Origin: Candidatus Bathyarchaeia archaeon | GTDB taxonomy: Archaea > Thermoproteota > Bathyarchaeia > TCS64 | NCBI GenBank assembly: GCA_050014495.1 | Contig: JBEKDF010000020.1 | Location: 1 to 50,767, forward strand | Length of the DNA: 50,767 nucleotides | Reading direction: 5' to 3' | Shown here: piece by piece, positions 1-11,037 of the stretch | Layout: each line of letters begins with the position of its first letter | Numbering within the stretch: position 1 is the first letter of the stretch | Notes under the pieces: model-generated | Told to the model about the DNA's origin: nothing | The model's database searches: none | The model's input: the letters and a program-made list of their open reading frames with translations, nothing else | Program-made: the position numbers and the translations under genes

Positions 1-474
1 CGAGATCTGATACTCCAGTGTACATGCGTACCGTGGATCCAGTGGCTATGGAGCCTCCTGGCGTGAGTAGCCCGCCTGGGTATCCCCATGCTAGGTTGTA
101 GTTAACCACCGGGTTAGAGTTAACCACTGTGAAGCTATTGGAGACAGTGTTTGAAGCGGATCCCCCACTCGGATCGGATACATCCACCTTAACATCGTAG
201 GAGCCCAAGGTCGCGCTTCCGGGTATCACCCAGTCGTAGTACCAGTAGCCACCGTAGAGGGACAGCCACGTGGTCGAAGTGATAGTCGTCCAGCTTCCAC
301 TGGAATGAGGCTTGTAGCTGATTTGGACGGTGAGGAGGTTAGAGGCCGTTTCGAGATCTGATACTCCAGTGTACATGCGTACCGTGGATCCAGTGGCTAT
401 GGAGCCTCCTGGCGTGAGTAGCCCGCCTGGGTATCCCCATGCTAGGTTGTAGTTAACCACCGGGTTAGAGTTAA
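1..474. repeat. In-frame tandem repeat with 351-bp period (117 aa); 1-123 is identical to 352-474
   Basis: Direct comparison gives 123/123 identical bases at offset 351; the leftmost copy is cut by the window edge. Confidence 0.95.
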
Positions 475-3400
475 AGCCGTCATTGGGGGTGACCTGGCAG
501 CTCCAGGTGTCGCCTGCCTTTAACTCGCTTGGCATAATCTTCGATGTCGTGGTTATGCTGTTCATACCTTCCTGGTAGCGTTGCTGGATCTGGTTCGGAG
601 TTAAAGCGCGGTTGTATATCTTTACTTCGTCGAGTCCGCCCTTGAAGAACCGGACGGGGTTACTTCCGCCGTCGTAGCCGATGTACACTGGCTGGATTGC
701 GGGTTTGGGCTCTGAATATATGGGTCCTGAGACGGGGAGGACCATCGAGGCGCTTAGAGCACCGTTTATGTAGATTGCCAGCCCAGTGCCTGATTGGTAG
801 GTGCAAACAACGTGGCTCCAAGTACCAGTGGGTATAACCGTTTTAGTGTTACTCGACAGGTCGTACCACGTATCATTCACTGTTACACCGAAGAATAGGG
901 TGTTGCTCGGAGGGGACGTCGCGAACCCTACCATGTAGCTTCCGGAGTCATCTGATCCCAGTTTCTTAGCGATTATCCTCGACCCCGTCTGCGCCACGCT
1001 GGGATTCACCCAGAACTCCAACGATATCGCATTCCATGTGCCATCGCCCCCAACGCTGGCCTTATCAGGCACTATTATGACATCGTTGCCATCAAACTTC
1101 ATGTATCCACCCGATATGCCGCCGGTTGACCACGTGGACCCGGTAATTACGCCATTGTTCCCGTTCCCAGAGTAGTCCGTCGCCGTTGTGGCGCTGTAGG
1201 TGTCGAATGGCATGTTGAGTCCTGTGATCGATGCACCGTTCACTAACCAATTGTATATGTTAGTGTAAGCGTCTCCGTTTGCATCACTCGTGCTAGGTGT
1301 GCATATCAGAATGGACGCGGTGTTCGAGCCTCCGCTGGTGGTTAGCACAGGGGTACCAGTCGTAGGTAGGGCGTTGTTCCTTATGGTCGTGGTGTATGAT
1401 GTCTGCATTGTTCCGAAGCCGACCCCATCTGAGGGAGTCACAGTGTAGTACCACTGATCCCCAACCGTAGTGTACGACGAGGATACGACCTTCAGATCAT
1501 TAAGGGCTGTTTGCAGCACGCCATTCTTGTACCACCTAATCTGGGACCCATTCTCAGGCTGCCCGTCGACATCGGTGTACATGTAGGAGGCCGTTAATGA
1601 CTCGGTCTTGAGCACACCTAGCTGTCCTCTTGGGGTAATCGTCAAGTTGCTTGCAACTGGAGGCGTGTTGGGGACGCTCAAGGCGTTCGAAGTCATCGCT
1701 GAACCATCAGCTAAACCATCGTTTGGAATGACTTGGCAGGTGTAGCTCCAGCCACCTCGGGTCGTATCAGCCGTTAGAGTCGAGGTCTGACTCAACCCAT
1801 TCTCAGAGTCGAGGTAATCCTGGTTGATCTGACTAGCACTCATCATCCTTCTGTATATCCTGGTGTCATCGATCATACCGGTGAAGTAGTCTCTGCCACC
1901 GATCAGGATCTCCTGTCCACTGCTCGGCTTTACCAGCCCAGTCAGATCAGTGAGAGTAGCCACCTGAACCCCGTTAACGTATAGGGTTAGGGACACTCCA
2001 TCCTTGTAGGTTAGAGCCACATGATACCATGTGTTCAGAGCCAGTGGGGTTGGATCTTCTACTGTTCGGAACACACCTGTGAACAATGGATACTGCGCCG
2101 TAGGGGCCCAGGTATCTATGCCTCCATACAACATGTTGTTTGTCTTAGGATCTATGCCGATATCGTAACTAGGCCACTTCACAAGGGTCCTAGTTCCTCT
2201 CTGATTGGCGGATAAGTAGATCCATTGCTCGATAGTGATCTCAGACCAAGTACCATCTCCACCAAATTTACTCGAGGAAACCGAGCCATTCCAGTGACCA
2301 GCACTGCCACTATCGGGTACGGAGATGTAGTCATTAACACCATCGAACATGTATGCTCCACCAACCTTCCCTGTGCTCACCCACGTCGTACCGTGAACCA
2401 CACCGTTGTTACCCAAACCAGAATAGTCCTTAGCAGTTGTGGGGTCCTTGATATCGAAGGGTAGAAGCAGATTCACCATGGCCTTTCCACCCTCCATCCA
2501 CCTGAAGACATTCGTGACCAGATCCCCATTTGGATCAGTCACCCCCTGAGTCTGGGCTAAGAACCCACTATCCACGTCACCAGTTCCGGTGGTATAGGAG
2601 ATCGTCGGGTTAGTCTCCGATGGTGGACTATTGGACTTGGGCGCATCAACTGTGACGAATGTGAACACCTGCTTGTCAACATTCGCGCCATCAATGACGG
2701 TAACGGTCCAAGTGTAGGTCGTCGAATAGTGTAAGCCACTGACGCTTACACTCTGGGCGCTGTCCCCCTGATTAGTCAAGCTTAATGATCCGATGTTGGG
2801 ACTTGTCGTCACAGTCAAACTCATCAAGTCATGCTGCTTTTGCTGGATCGAGAAGGTGAGTTGAGAAGTCGTAATCGGCACATTAACAGCATTATCAGCT
2901 GGAGACGGGTTAATTATTAGTGGCGTTACCTCCTGCCCAATTGCAGGAACGTTAACAGCTGCCCCATTCCTCCTCTCACTATAGTACTGGATGTTCGCTC
3001 TCTGCCTAGGCGTTGGAGCGATTCCAGCTGTATCAAAAGCATATATCTTATGATCTGAACTTGAGACAACAATCTCGTTTAGACCGTCACCATCAATATC
3101 AGCTATAATTGGGTTGTTAAGCTGGGCTCTCAGTCTAGGTGATAGCTCTATCAGTTTGTAGGTTGCATGATCAAAAATAAAGATGTTAGTATCGTTTGCA
3201 GCCACAATGTCCGGGACGCCATCGCCTGTGACGTCACCGACTCCAGGTGGGAACTTTTCTCTACCAGTCTTGAGAACCGCATCAATTTTTAAGGCTACTA
3301 AATCGACCATGTATGCATTTGAGGCTGAATAAGAATGTTCGCCATCGGCGACCATCTGCTCAAGGTGACCATCCCCATTAACATCAAACACGGTTGTCTG

Positions 3401-4342
3401 ATAGTGCCCAGGTAGACTTATTGGCACACCATTGATGACATCACCCGCTAAAATCTGACTGATTGTTTTACCGGTCATAGCATCTAGTACACAGATTCCG
3501 CCGGTCATGTCGCTCACAATGGCTTCGAGCTTGCCATCTCCATTAACGTCAGCTAGATCCGGAGCCTGGCTGCTACACATGAGGTCGGGCCTATCCCAGA
3601 GTAAGCTCAGATCAGTGGCCCTATATGCTCGAACACCCTTACCGTAGTCACCATCATTAGCGTAGCCCACGCTACGGTCACCTGAATAGAGCTCGTATTG
3701 ACCATCGTTGTTGACGTCAGCGAGTGAAAGCCCTCCTGAGCAGGTTCGCCAAGCCCAAGTCTGGGCCAGAATTTTACCATCCCATGAGAATTCAGTGATT
3801 TTTCCCGTCATGGTGGGTGGCTCGGTATCCTGCTCGCCCATAAAGATCTCGGGTTTACCATCCCCATTAACGTCGCCTACCACTGGTTTGCCGAAGACCG
3901 TCGGTGCACCCTGCCCATCGTAGCCTGTGATGACTCTCCAAATCAGAGTCCCATCGCTTTTGAGCACAGCTAAACCAGCGGGATAGGTAAGAGGGACTAT
4001 TACCTCTAATTTCCCGTCCGCATTGAGGTCATATAATAAGGGCTGACTGTATCCTTGTAGGTTATTATCATTGTAAGTCCATATCAAAGCACCGGTTTTC
4101 CCGTTAAGACACTGCACTGATTTTGCACCTGAACAAATTACATCAACATTACCATCACCATTCAAGTCACCGACTATGGTTCCACCTTCCCAGAGAGAAG
4201 GCGTGTTCGATGCCATCCATTTCTGGGTCATGAGGGTCGCTGCCTGAGCCTCTTGAACTTTTGGAACGAAGGGAAGCACAACATTAAACATGAATATAGC
4301 CAGAACTGAGAACGTCAATAGTCTCATTTTTTTATTTAACAT
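1..4342 (-). CDS. Giant secreted surface protein, partial (>1440 aa): signal peptide, FG-GAP-type beta-propeller, Ig/FN3-like domains, two LamG-like jellyrolls, 117-aa Ig-like repeats
   Basis: Missing from the ORF track because it has no stop in the window. Segments translated by hand share one open minus frame: MLNKKMRLLTFSVLAIFMFNVVLPF (signal), repeated GDLNGDG/ADIDGDG motifs, LPFD..DYSGxGNNG and F.G.(I/L)D..(R/K)IY LamG motifs. GGTGA RBS at 4351-4355; alternative starts at 4348 and 4327. Confidence 0.9.
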   Translation of the reverse strand, partial: MLNKKMRLLTFSVLAIFMFNVVLPFVPKVQEAQAATLMTQKWMASNTPSLWEGGTIVGDLNGDGNVDVICSGAKSVQCLNGKTGALIWTYNDNNLQGYSQPLLYDLNADGKLEVIVPLTYPAGLAVLKSDGTLIWRVITGYDGQGAPTVFGKPVVGDVNGDGKPEIFMGEQDTEPPTMTGKITEFSWDGKILAQTWAWRTCSGGLSLADVNNDGQYELYSGDRSVGYANDGDYGKGVRAYRATDLSLLWDRPDLMCSSQAPDLADVNGDGKLEAIVSDMTGGICVLDAMTGKTISQILAGDVINGVPISLPGHYQTTVFDVNGDGHLEQMVADGEHSYSASNAYMVDLVALKIDAVLKTGREKFPPGVGDVTGDGVPDIVAANDTNIFIFDHATYKLIELSPRLRAQLNNPIIADIDGDGLNEIVVSSSDHKIYAFDTAGIAPTPRQRANIQYYSERRNGAAVNVPAIGQEVTPLIINPSPADNAVNVPITTSQLTFSIQQKQHDLMSLTVTTSPNIGSLSLTNQGDSAQSVSVSGLHYSTTYTWTVTVIDGANVDKQVFTFVTVDAPKSNSPPSETNPTISYTTGTGDVDSGFLAQTQGVTDPNGDLVTNVFRWMEGGKAMVNLLLPFDIKDPTTAKDYSGLGNNGVVHGTTWVSTGKVGGAYMFDGVNDYISVPDSGSAGHWNGSVSSSKFGGDGTWSEITIEQWIYLSANQRGTRTLVKWPSYDIGIDPKTNNMLYGGIDTWAPTAQYPLFTGVFRTVEDPTPLALNTWYHVALTYKDGVSLTLYVNGVQVATLTDLTGLVKPSSGQEILIGGRDYFTGMIDDTRIYRRMMSASQINQDYLDSENGLSQTSTLTADTTRGGWSYTCQVIPNDGLADGSAMTSNALSVPNTPPVASNLTITPRGQLGVLKTESLTASYMYTDVDGQPENGSQIRWYKNGVLQTALNDLKVVSSSYTTVGDQWYYTVTPSDGVGFGTMQTSYTTTIRNNALPTTGTPVLTTSGGSNTASILICTPSTSDANGDAYTNIYNWLVNGASITGLNMPFDTYSATTATDYSGNGNNGVITGSTWSTGGISGGYMKFDGNDVIIVPDKASVGGDGTWNAISLEFWVNPSVAQTGSRIIAKKLGSDDSGSYMVGFATSPPSNTLFFGVTVNDTWYDLSSNTKTVIPTGTWSHVVCTYQSGTGLAIYINGALSASMVLPVSGPIYSEPKPAIQPVYIGYDGGSNPVRFFKGGLDEVKIYNRALTPNQIQQRYQEGMNSITTTSKIMPSELKAGDTWSCQVTPNDGFNSNPVVNYNLAWGYPGGLLTPGGSIATGSTVRMYTGVSDLETASNLLTVQISYKPHSSGSWTTITSTTWLSLYGGYWYYDWVIPGSATLGSYDVKVDVSDPSGGSASNTVSNSFTVVNSNPVVNYNLAWGYPGGLLTPGGSIATGSTVRMYTGVSDL

Positions 4343-4638
4343 ACACATTTTCACCTAGTCTTTCACACTGCTAGCTGAACTTCTATCGAATACATGCGAT
4401 TTTTGTAGAATATAAATAAATAGGTATCTATAGTTCTAATGAAAAAATCTAATTATGGAGGCATGTCCAGTCAAATATTATTTTTGCAATTATTCTAATG
4501 CAGTTAGAATAACTAATTATAATTGGGTTAATAGTTATATTTAATAAAATATCTCTTTCATATATCATTAATATTTATTATAATCTCATAAATAAGAATG
4601 AGATTAGAAAAAATTATCAATCTACAAATTATCCCTTC

Positions 4639-5766
4639 ATGGACATGGTCTCAAGACAACTCCTAAGCGCCATAATCATAAGCTTCGTACTCGGCGGAAT
4701 AATAGCCCCAACAATACAATACGAGATAAACATTAAGCCACTTGAATCCAAAGCTGAGCAAACACAAAATAGCCTAACCGAGTTAAAGAATATAGCAAAT
4801 AATGATAATCAAATTTATTCCTACAGATATGGCTTAAACTATTTATCCACAAATTGGCATTATGAAGAAAAATATCTACCCAATGACACAATACAACGAG
4901 ATTTCAATCTATTTCGAAACGAGGGAATCTCAAATATTACACTAGCCATAGTATGGTCTTCAATCGAAAGCCAAAAAGGCGTCTATAACGATGACGCCCT
5001 AAGAGACATAATAAGAGTCTGCAAAATTGCGCAGAGATACAACATCTCAGTCACCATCGACTTCCATACATTAATGCACAACAACTCCTTCACGATGCCG
5101 AGTTGGTTGACGCCTAGAAAATTTGAGACCGTCATAACAGACCCAATGGCCAGACAGAGCTGGCTAAACTTCATCAACCACTGCGTGTCTCAACTCGGAA
5201 ACGTCACAAATATCTCAAGTTGGCAGATGATGAACGAGCCCGCAATAGCAGATTGGGCTGTACAGGTGAAAATCGCGGATTTCACACAATTATGGAGGGA
5301 GATGAGATCAACAATCAGAACCTCCTCGAATAAACCAATCTCGATAAGGTTCGGAGGAGACGCGTTATCAACCGATTTTAAATACGATCCTTCGATTGCT
5401 GAGATATGTGACTACATTTCCATCAATTACTACCAAGATATTGGCTTTAATGCATTAACGAATATTGTCCAACATTATAGTGGAAAAAAGATAGTGATCA
5501 GTGAGTTTGGCTCAGGGACAAACGATGACGCCGTCCAAGGTTACCAAATTAAAGAAATGGTCCAGATCTTCCAAGAGCTGAAGATCAGTGAATGGAATGC
5601 TTACATGTGGAGGGCAGATCAAAGCTACGGAGTGCCAGATCTACCTGGTGGAGGATACAATTTGGCATTAAATGACAGCGGTGAACCAAGGCTAGCGTTC
5701 TATTTTATTAAGCCTCAATATGACATTGGCTCAATTCATACAATAATAAATCAAATCAACAAATGA
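4639..5766 (+). CDS. Membrane-anchored clan GH-A glycoside hydrolase (GH5/GH42-like TIM barrel)
   Basis: N-terminal TM; W..IE...G.Y; MMNEP acid/base motif; ISEFG nucleophile motif. Confidence 0.8.
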   Translation: MDMVSRQLLSAIIISFVLGGIIAPTIQYEINIKPLESKAEQTQNSLTELKNIANNDNQIYSYRYGLNYLSTNWHYEEKYLPNDTIQRDFNLFRNEGISNITLAIVWSSIESQKGVYNDDALRDIIRVCKIAQRYNISVTIDFHTLMHNNSFTMPSWLTPRKFETVITDPMARQSWLNFINHCVSQLGNVTNISSWQMMNEPAIADWAVQVKIADFTQLWREMRSTIRTSSNKPISIRFGGDALSTDFKYDPSIAEICDYISINYYQDIGFNALTNIVQHYSGKKIVISEFGSGTNDDAVQGYQIKEMVQIFQELKISEWNAYMWRADQSYGVPDLPGGGYNLALNDSGEPRLAFYFIKPQYDIGSIHTIINQINK

Positions 5767-5876
5767 TAAATCCAGTATAGAGGTTACCAGATTCTAATCA
5801 TTTATCCTAACGACGCATTAGGAAATATTTGACATATCATCTTATAATTCACCAAGATAATCAATCTTCGTAATTA

Positions 5877-6437
5877 ATGTTAAATCAATTATTAACATGT
5901 TTCCTAATCTTCTCAATGTTTACCCCAATATCAATACAGAGTAAGAATCAGATTACCATGGATCTGATAACAACTTCTCTACCAACAGGGACGCAAATAA
6001 AAAACATATCATTCAACCAAGAAGGAGTTTTAGTCTGCGGGGAAATGCCTCTAATTCTTGATACCCCTCCCCCACCACTCCACTCAGTGGCCTTTTTCGA
6101 GAAAATAGATTCCCATGGGAGAATCCTTTGGTTACAAAAATATTGGGGAGACGAACATAACTCCGCTGACGCATTCATAGAAGTTCAAGACGGATACTTA
6201 CTAGTAGGCAGTGCATATTCGAGATATGGAAGCACATTCATGATCATAAAAACCGACACCAATGGAAACCCTCAATGGATCCGATACTCGGGAGACGGAC
6301 AACAGGTTATAGTAAAAAGTATTTCAATCACAGGTAATGGAATGTATCTCATAAATGGAGTGATAAAAGACTGGGACTACAACTCCATCCAATACAAAAT
6401 AACAATCGACGTAAATGGAAATATGATGATTTCTTAA
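5877..6437 (+). CDS. Secreted hypothetical protein with beta-propeller-like blades
   Basis: Signal-like N-terminus; repeated KID..G..LW / KTD.NG.PQW motifs. Confidence 0.6.
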   Translation: MLNQLLTCFLIFSMFTPISIQSKNQITMDLITTSLPTGTQIKNISFNQEGVLVCGEMPLILDTPPPPLHSVAFFEKIDSHGRILWLQKYWGDEHNSADAFIEVQDGYLLVGSAYSRYGSTFMIIKTDTNGNPQWIRYSGDGQQVIVKSISITGNGMYLINGVIKDWDYNSIQYKITIDVNGNMMIS

Positions 6438-9001
6438 GAAGATTTTTTAAGGAATCCCTTTCTGCGAAAAATGTAGAATCCCAGCATAACCGCCGCGAGG
6501 AGGATGACGCCGAGAACAATCATCCCCTGGGTTGTAAATAGGAAGAATTGAGGATTAACAGTGAGCTTAATCATCTGACTCTCAGAGCTGAGGTAATCCT
6601 GATTACTGTTCACGGAGGCAACCACCTCCCATACCCCCAAATCGCTTGGTTTGAACTCGTCAGAGAATTGTCCCCCGGAATCCGGATGAACAGTTACGGG
6701 GACTACCGTACCATTTTTACTATACGTCAAATTGATTGATAATTGAGGATCATCAGAGGATACGACACCCCTCAATTCCGCTGAATCCCCAATCGGTATC
6801 ACATTATTATCAAACGAGATTGAAATTTGAACAAGGGCCTTCTTAACTGTTACATAATATGTCGGGGTACGAGAAGCCTCGCCTCCAGCACTAAACGCCT
6901 CAGCGTAATAGCTCAAGACTGAACCCGCGTGAAGTCTACCCAAGTTTACGGTCAGATTGCTCTGATTAAACGCTTCTTTATTGAGTGTATCATTGATGTA
7001 CAGTTTCAGGTCGTTGCCACCAAAAGAATTCGCAACGACTACGGATATTTCATCGGCGGCACTCGGTGCGGGGGGAGTCAAACTCGCAGTCACTTTTCCA
7101 TCAATCGGGATGCTGGAGGAGATCGTCAGATTATAATGGGGACCATTATACACGTTGTCGAAATTATCCACCGATTTCACCCAATAAGCTATAACAGTCC
7201 CAACTTTGTATGGTCCAAGTGTTTGTGTGAGGATTGTACTGTTTTCTACCCTTTTAACCTCCGTATTATTGATGTACAAGGAGATGCTGGATACCCCAAC
7301 TACGTCGTATGAAGATATCTCAAAATTGACTGGAGTCAACTCGGTTGGATTCTCGGGAGTGATCGATATCTTGACTTTGGGCAAGGTCTCATCATTCAGC
7401 ACGACGTGGATTTGGCTAAGCATCTGGTTATTCGTCTTATTAGATTCGTTGACGACGTTATCGCTGTCAATTATCTCCTCAAGGACATAGTTGCCCACCT
7501 TAATGGGTATCCAGTTAATCGTGATGTTACCGACATCAGCCAGGGACTTCTTCGCTGGTATTGGAGGGATCAAAACGGTTCCGATGAGGGTACCGTTGGC
7601 CAGCAGCTTCAATTTACATGTGGGTGAGTCAACTTCACCCAGGTTACTGACGAGAGGTGTGAAGGTGACCATCTTATTTGTCCTGGCTGGTGACGGCCTC
7701 CAGGTCAACCCCTCAGCGCTTAGATCAGTCATGTTTGCAATCGGAGGCGGCTGTGAGCTACCAATCACAGTGGCCTGTATAACATTATTTTTCTCATTAC
7801 TCTCAGCTATCAAATCACTCGAATCAACGTTAAATACGAGTTTATTTTCACCTAATGAAACAGGACCCCAGTTAAAACTAACATTAGCGTAGCTCCAAGG
7901 TATGACAGAGGGTATCGAAACATTTCTCACCAGTACCCCATTGACACTCAATTCCCCATAGCATGGTTGAGTCGTCATATTACCCAAATTCTTTACAGCC
8001 ACTACTAGGTCTATAGCCTGGCCTGAACTGGGGGAAGCTGGCGTCCACGTAATTTTGGCAGGATTAAGATCTGGGACAATGTGCCACATGCTCTCCAAGA
8101 CATTATTATTCTCATTAACCTCAGGGACATCATTGTAGATATCCAACGTCACCCTAACAGTATCATCGGGGGTTGCCAGTTGCCACCTCATGTTAAATGT
8201 TCTTTCAACAGTTTGTCCGGGCTGCAAATAAAGAGTCACGGTATCTGTGGAAGCTTGAATGTCGTTAACTTCTAATATGTTGGTAAACTCCACGGGACTT
8301 CCAGGACTACCAAGAGCCTCTACCCCAACATTACTGAATTTGTAGTGAACAAGACCATTACTCAACCAAATACTGTCAACCTTTAGGTCAGCAGCCGTTA
8401 CCTGCTCGCAATAAGCTTCCGTCCAAACCGTGTTGTCATTCTCAGTGTCTGACCCCCCACTCACATATAGGACGAATTTCCCAACCTTTCCCGCATAAGC
8501 GGATAAATCAACGGTGTACTTATCCAATCTACCATCATAATCGGCGTGAACACTAATCAGAGTGGAGAGAGTTCCACTACTATCCACGAATCTGACCTGA
8601 TAATCCGCCCCATCAACGCTATAACCCGACGACAGAAAACCAATTTCAATGATCAACCTCTCATCAGGCAAAATAGTCCTCGATGGATACGTCCCCATAA
8701 TATAACCATTCGACACGACCTCGGGATGAGTCTCGAGCACGTTTGAATACTGCGACTCATCCTCCAAATTCGCGCTACTCAGTATAAGGGCATACCCCCT
8801 TGGATCCCCGACTGAACCGGGAAACGTCACATTCCCTGATCCACTCTGCCAAACAGCTTGCCTAGCGTTCGAATCATCAATAAAATCGTACACTCCCCTA
8901 GCGTGAACCTGAGCAAGCATCTGCGTATTTGAGACTAAAACAATAAAAACAATCAGAGCCTGGATAAACGGGAAAGAAAACCTCTTCTTCAAGCTAAGCA
9001 C
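6434..9001 (-). CDS. Cell-surface protein with CARDB and Ig-like domains and a C-terminal TM anchor
   Basis: Signal peptide; three DL...N.G...D..N.(V/I).E.NE.NN CARDB-like units; C-terminal hydrophobic helix followed by RRK. Confidence 0.85.
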   Translation of the reverse strand: MLSLKKRFSFPFIQALIVFIVLVSNTQMLAQVHARGVYDFIDDSNARQAVWQSGSGNVTFPGSVGDPRGYALILSSANLEDESQYSNVLETHPEVVSNGYIMGTYPSRTILPDERLIIEIGFLSSGYSVDGADYQVRFVDSSGTLSTLISVHADYDGRLDKYTVDLSAYAGKVGKFVLYVSGGSDTENDNTVWTEAYCEQVTAADLKVDSIWLSNGLVHYKFSNVGVEALGSPGSPVEFTNILEVNDIQASTDTVTLYLQPGQTVERTFNMRWQLATPDDTVRVTLDIYNDVPEVNENNNVLESMWHIVPDLNPAKITWTPASPSSGQAIDLVVAVKNLGNMTTQPCYGELSVNGVLVRNVSIPSVIPWSYANVSFNWGPVSLGENKLVFNVDSSDLIAESNEKNNVIQATVIGSSQPPPIANMTDLSAEGLTWRPSPARTNKMVTFTPLVSNLGEVDSPTCKLKLLANGTLIGTVLIPPIPAKKSLADVGNITINWIPIKVGNYVLEEIIDSDNVVNESNKTNNQMLSQIHVVLNDETLPKVKISITPENPTELTPVNFEISSYDVVGVSSISLYINNTEVKRVENSTILTQTLGPYKVGTVIAYWVKSVDNFDNVYNGPHYNLTISSSIPIDGKVTASLTPPAPSAADEISVVVANSFGGNDLKLYINDTLNKEAFNQSNLTVNLGRLHAGSVLSYYAEAFSAGGEASRTPTYYVTVKKALVQISISFDNNVIPIGDSAELRGVVSSDDPQLSINLTYSKNGTVVPVTVHPDSGGQFSDEFKPSDLGVWEVVASVNSNQDYLSSESQMIKLTVNPQFFLFTTQGMIVLGVILLAAVMLGFYIFRRKGFLKKSS

Positions 9002-9180
9002 TTAGAAGAACCCCCTAGAAAACAGCGTTGAGTCTCTTGAAACCAAACAATTCACTCTTTTTTCAGAAACATACAGGTCAGAACTCAGTTATAAAGTAAA
9101 ACGAATGAATAATCGATACGATAAATACCTCTTATTATGGTGTCAAACTCCTTATTAATCTCTGGATAGATGCTCACACT

Positions 9181-9444
9181 ATGAACGATTGGAAAAAAAT
9201 TTTCTGGCGTTCAGAGCTACAACAACTCATTAAAGATTGCCTCAGGACGGGGGACATGACATTACTAGAAATTATCATGTTTATCCAAAAAACAGCAAAG
9301 GTAAGAATCAGCGCGCCAGCTCTAGCGGCTATCCTAAAGGTTACCGATGGAGTAAAGGTGAAAACTAAAATATTTTCGGATGCAAGCAACAAAATGATAA
9401 ACGTATACTCCATTGCCTTTCACCTTGATAATGAACGACAATAG
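9181..9444 (+). CDS. Small hypothetical protein, possibly wHTH-like
   Basis: 87-aa ORF with a helix-helix-beta hairpin pattern; no diagnostic motif. Confidence 0.45.
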   Translation: MNDWKKIFWRSELQQLIKDCLRTGDMTLLEIIMFIQKTAKVRISAPALAAILKVTDGVKVKTKIFSDASNKMINVYSIAFHLDNERQ

Positions 9445-9924
9445 CACACTACAATTTAGCTAAATATAATAATAATTTAATTATTCATGCTGCTAATAAT
9501 CGTGCGATAAATTTTAAATAGCTGATCCAGAACTCATTGCGAAATGGGTGATTCAAAACGTATAAGGATAAAACCTTAAAAATAAATAAAATTTGGAAAT
9601 TGGTGATTCACCCCCTTACAAAAACGCCGATCGAAGCTATTTTTAATAATAAAAACGATCTAAAAAATTCACTTAAAAAAATTGGATTAAATGATACGTT
9701 AATTTGGTTCTTATTTCTGAGGGGCCTAATCGAATTTAACCTATCAGGAGAAAGAGTATTAATCCAACTCGTAGAAATATTAACCCGCACCAAATAAAAA
9801 TTTTCGAAGAGATTCCCCGAGACACAACTCTTCTTTATAAAAGCGGAGCAACTTAAATAGACATAAATTCTTAATTTGAGATTAGGCATAAGCCAGGCAT
9901 AACGTTCAGAGGAATGCAACTGAT

Positions 9925-10956
9925 TTGAACCTTAACAATAAAACAAAAAAAAGAGCAATCTCCACCTTTATCGCAGTATTAATCCTAATAATCTTGACTG
10001 TTGCTGCGGGAATCATCGTATACGCATACACTATGGGATATCTAGGATCAATTTCTCTTCCTAGCGTAGATAAATCAATGCTGATAGAAGCCGTATCGCA
10101 AGATAGTTCCCAATTAACTATATATGTTAAAAATATCGGCAACATAGCCCTAAATTTAGACCCTAAATCTAATGCCCGCATATATATTGACAATGAAGAA
10201 ATATCATCAGACTCAATAAATACAACTCCTACTAACTTAGGGGAAGGTGTAACAAGTACAATTATAGTAAAGCCAATTGATCTCAATTGGAATGGGAGAA
10301 CTATATCAATCAAAATTATTGCTGATGATGGAACATTTACTCAATCGTCTATTAAGATTGAAGTAACATATGTTAACATTATATCGGATCCTGGTTTTGA
10401 AATCGCCTCTCCAGATCCCTGGCAATATGAATGGAATAATTTGTTCCCAGACACAGCAACTAGAGATTCGGGATCACAACCCAATGGTGGAATTGGATAC
10501 CGTGGACTAACAAATACATACATCGATAATCTTCCCATTCCAAATGAGGAAATATATGCGAAGATCTCACAGAACCTACCTACTCCCAAACAAATATCCA
10601 CCATACCGCAGTTAGATGGAACCTTCCAAGTGTGGCTCCGCAACTATGGACCCGCAGAAAATGGTTACGATACGGTAGAAGTCAAGATCATCTCTGACAC
10701 AAAGACACTAAGCTATATCTGGGGAGGAACACGAAGCGACGCAAACACAGCTTACATAAACATGGGAGAATTGCCAGCCCAAGATAGCTGGACACAAATC
10801 AGTCGTAATCTATACAAAGATTGGATAGGCGCAGGCTTGCCCTCAGACGCCACAATCACCGGAATCGAACTTCGATCCAACGGATCATACGTTAATGATG
10901 TTAGAATGGGCCAGATAATTCGGTGGGACGATCTAAGTCTACTTTCAACACCGTGA
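9925..10956 (+). CDS. Archaeal type IV pilin-like protein with a C-terminal CBM-like beta-sandwich
   Basis: Class III signal KKRA|ISTFIAVLILIILTVAAGIIVY; IYVKNIG pilin motif; NII.DPGFE ... WDDLSL jellyroll-type ends. Confidence 0.85.
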   Translation: MNLNNKTKKRAISTFIAVLILIILTVAAGIIVYAYTMGYLGSISLPSVDKSMLIEAVSQDSSQLTIYVKNIGNIALNLDPKSNARIYIDNEEISSDSINTTPTNLGEGVTSTIIVKPIDLNWNGRTISIKIIADDGTFTQSSIKIEVTYVNIISDPGFEIASPDPWQYEWNNLFPDTATRDSGSQPNGGIGYRGLTNTYIDNLPIPNEEIYAKISQNLPTPKQISTIPQLDGTFQVWLRNYGPAENGYDTVEVKIISDTKTLSYIWGGTRSDANTAYINMGELPAQDSWTQISRNLYKDWIGAGLPSDATITGIELRSNGSYVNDVRMGQIIRWDDLSLLSTP

Positions 10957-10960
10957 ACTA

Positions 10961-11037
10961 CCACCCAACAAGCTGGGTGGCTTCCTGCTTCACCGGGGCG
11001 ACTTGCACCTCTGTGCGCGCGCGCATGTGCACTCGCC
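10961..11037 (+). terminator. Two hairpins just downstream of the pilin gene; possible terminator or structured element
   Basis: CCACCCA/TGGGTGG perfect stem at 10961-10980; GGCGA..TGCAC / GTGCA.TCGCC stem at 10997-11037. Confidence 0.4.

Noticed and set aside
2021..3923. Short ORFs listed in the track within 2021-3923
   Set aside because: They are shadows of the long minus-strand surface-protein frame.
9600..9919. Overlapping 65-aa and 103-aa ORFs upstream of the pilin gene
   Set aside because: AT-rich, mutually overlapping and without motifs; coding status is unsupported.
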